From positions 8,928,001 to 8,992,000 of the forward strand of contig NC_043013.1 in assembly GCF_006345805.1 (NCBI RefSeq): DNA of 64,000 nucleotides, written 5' to 3'. The notes beneath the pieces were generated by a model, which did no database searches, was not told the origin of the DNA, and saw only the letters and a list, made by a program, of their open reading frames with translations. This stretch comes from Octopus sinensis (Eukaryota). Made by a program: the position numbers and the translations under genes. Positions 61,795 to 64,000 of the stretch are shown here, one piece after another (within the stretch, counting starts at the first letter, position 1; every line of letters starts with the position of its first letter).

Positions 61795-62112
61795 GGGAGG
61801 TCAGAAACGGTTCCTGTTATTGTAGGTACCCTAAGTATGATAAAAAAGGGATGTCAGAAACACCTAGACAATATCCCTGGAGAACCATGTCTCAAGGAAA
61901 TCCAAAAGATTGTGCTAACAAGTACTACCCACATCCTTAGAAAAACCCTATCAATGTAAATGTTTGTGCTTGTATTACATGGAGATATTTCTCTACTTCC
62001 CCTCCCCAAGCTTTCAGCTATATTTCAACAACTCTTAACCTTCACTTGCCCTAGGACGCTGGGTGTGCCCCAGCAAGTGATTGCATCAAACATGCAGATT
62101 AAAAGTAAATGA
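61795..62112 (+). mobile_element. Second, shorter R4/Dong-like 3' end in tandem, followed by (AAT)n 62113-62228
   Basis: TVPVIVGTLSMIKKG.QKHLDNIPGEP.LKEIQKIVLTSTTHILRKTLSM*. Confidence 0.85.
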
Positions 62113-62183
62113 CAATAATAATAATAATAATAATAATAATGATAATAATAATAATAATAATAATAAAAATAATAATAATAATG

Positions 62184-62228
<45 letters not shown>

Positions 62229-62318
62229 CAATATAAAAAATGCGAAACTGAAAAGAAATCCTCCTACATATGATATATAAATATAAATACTGAAATAGCA
62301 AAAGGAAATCTTTAATAC

Positions 62319-62415
62319 CTTGTTGTTGACAATAATTTCCATGTAAAGGGTTTTCTCTTCAACAACTTTCTTTATGGCTTCCAGACTTATCCAAAGATTA
62401 TTTGTGTTGAAAATT
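62319..62415 (-). CDS. UGP2: UGP2 exon: IFNTNNLWISLEAIKKVVEEKTLYMEIIVNNK
   Basis: Matches the eukaryotic UGPase motif IFNTNNLWI.L...MEIIVN.K. AG/GT boundaries on the - strand; 97 nt, phase 2 to 0. Confidence 0.95.
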
Positions 62416-62589
62416 CTAGAATAAAGTAACAATTAAAGTGTAAAGAAAATAGAATTTCTTAAACGTGTACTGGTGAATCAGAAAGTAATTTTATTACTTT
62501 CTGATTTACTGCCATACATACGAAAGGATAAATAAAAAAAAAGTCAATGCAAATAAAAATTGTTTTATTTTCTGAATCACCATATACTC

Positions 62590-62990
62590 TTTTACTTGTT
62601 TCAGTCATTTGACTGTGGCCATGCTGGAGCACCGCCTTTAGATGAGCAACTCGCCTCCAGGATTTATTCTTTGGAAGCCTAGTACTTATTCTATCGGTCT
62701 CTTTTGCCAAACTACTAAGTTACAGCGACGTAAACACACCAGCATCAGTTGTTAAGCGATGTTGGGGAGACAAACACAGACACAATCATATACCCACACA
62801 TACATATATATACATGTATACATATATACGATAGGCTTCTTTCAGTTTCCATCTACCAAATCCACTCACAAGGCTTTGGTCGGCCTGAGGTTATAGTAGA
62901 AGTCAGTTGCCGAAGGTGCCACGCAGTGGGACTGAACCCAGAACCATGTGGTTGGTAAGCAAGCTACTTACCACACAGCCACTCCTGCGC
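62590..62990 (-). mobile_element. SINE family B copy in a UGP2 intron
   Basis: Reverse complement of family B. Confidence 0.88.
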
Positions 62991-63697
62991 CTATATAAAT
63001 GCTGAAATAGTAAAAAATATTGTTATTTTTTCCACTTTTATATTATTGCTCCTATCTTATAAATGCGGTAGTAATTTTAGGTGAGAAAATGGTAAGATAA
63101 GATAGGAGCAATATTATAAAAGTGGAAAAAAATAATATTTTTTACTATTTCAGCATTTATATAGGCATAGGAGTGGCTGTGTGGTAAGTAGCTTGCTTAC
63201 CTATTCTAATATTCCCTCCCCACAGCCATACCGTCCCCAACCTCTCCGTTATTACTACCCTGATTCCTATAAAGGTGCACCTTTATAGGAATCCGGGTAG
63301 TAATAACGGAGAGGATTGTGAATGTCAGGCTCACAATCATGGAGTAGTGAGTTTGATTCTGGGACCCGGCTGTGTGTTGTGTTCTTGAGCAAGACACTTT
63401 ATTTCATGTTGCTCCAGTTCACTCAGCTGTAGAAATGAGTTGTGACATCACAGTTGCCAAGCTGTATCAGCCTTTGCCTTTCCCTCGGATAACATCAGTG
63501 TCATGGAGAGGGGAGGCTGGTATGCATGAGCGACTGCTGTTCTTCCATAAACATCCTTGCCCAGACTTATACCTTGGAGGGTAACTTTCTAGGTGCAATC
63601 TTATGGTCATTCATGACCAAAAGGGGTCTTTACTGTTTTTTTTACCCACCTAACTACCCACTCCTGTATCCCATCCCCAGACTATATTACCACTGCC

Positions 63698-63929
63698 AGG
63701 CGGCGAGTTGGCAGAACCGTTAGCACACCGGGCAAAATGTGTAGCCGTATTTCGTCTGCCGTTATGTTCTGAGTTCAAATTCCGCCTAGGTCGACTTTGC
63801 CTTTCATCCTTTTGGGGTCGATTAAATAAGTTCCAGTTACGCACTGGGGTCAATGTAATCGACTTAATTCGTTTGTCTGTCCTTGTTTGTCCCCTCTATG
63901 TTTAGCCCCTTGTGGGTAATAAAGAAACA
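63698..63929 (+). mobile_element. SINE family A copy with ~15-bp TSD
   Basis: tatattaccact(g/c)cc at 63683-63697 and 63930-63944 flanks a full copy. Confidence 0.88.
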
Positions 63930-64000
63930 TATATTACCACTCCCCTCCTATATTGGTTCAAATTTTGGTGCAAGGCCAGCAATTACATCGCTCCCAGTAC

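Overview
AT-rich, microsatellite-saturated animal genomic DNA. The SINE/LINE families and (TA)n/(CA)n load look like an octopod cephalopod; this is inferred from recalled repeat sequences, not a database hit. Two host genes face each other tail-to-tail. A + strand MDH1B-like gene has five coding exons traced from 27266 to 39260 with compatible GT-AG phases; a short first exon was not found. The 3' half of UGP2 (UDP-glucose pyrophosphorylase) is on the - strand, with five exons from 62415 to the stop at 49886; its 5' part lies beyond 64000. The rest is mobile DNA. It includes a Penelope-like element with an uninterrupted RT + GIY-YIG ORF, other Penelope-like fragments and pseudo-LTRs carrying minimal hammerhead ribozyme motifs, RTE, CR1 and R4/Dong-like LINE remnants, and a Helitron helicase fragment. 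It also includes mariner, Tigger and piggyBac-like DNA elements and several tRNA-derived SINE families. The most unusual signals are structural: (1) a ~355-bp inverted copy of a nearby composite inserted so that it brackets one MDH1B exon; (2) a near full-length RTE with a 1.8-kb internal inversion bounded by an exact 17-bp inverted duplication; (3) a 111-bp-arm palindrome carrying twin hammerheads in the last UGP2 intron, with a collapsed sister copy nearby; (4) a U-UUU-UUA heptamer in the phase needed to join an upstream ORF to the Penelope RT ORF; (5) several further fold-back hairpins. No prokaryote-type system (CRISPR etc.) is present, and no wholly new gene system is clearly demonstrable from sequence alone.
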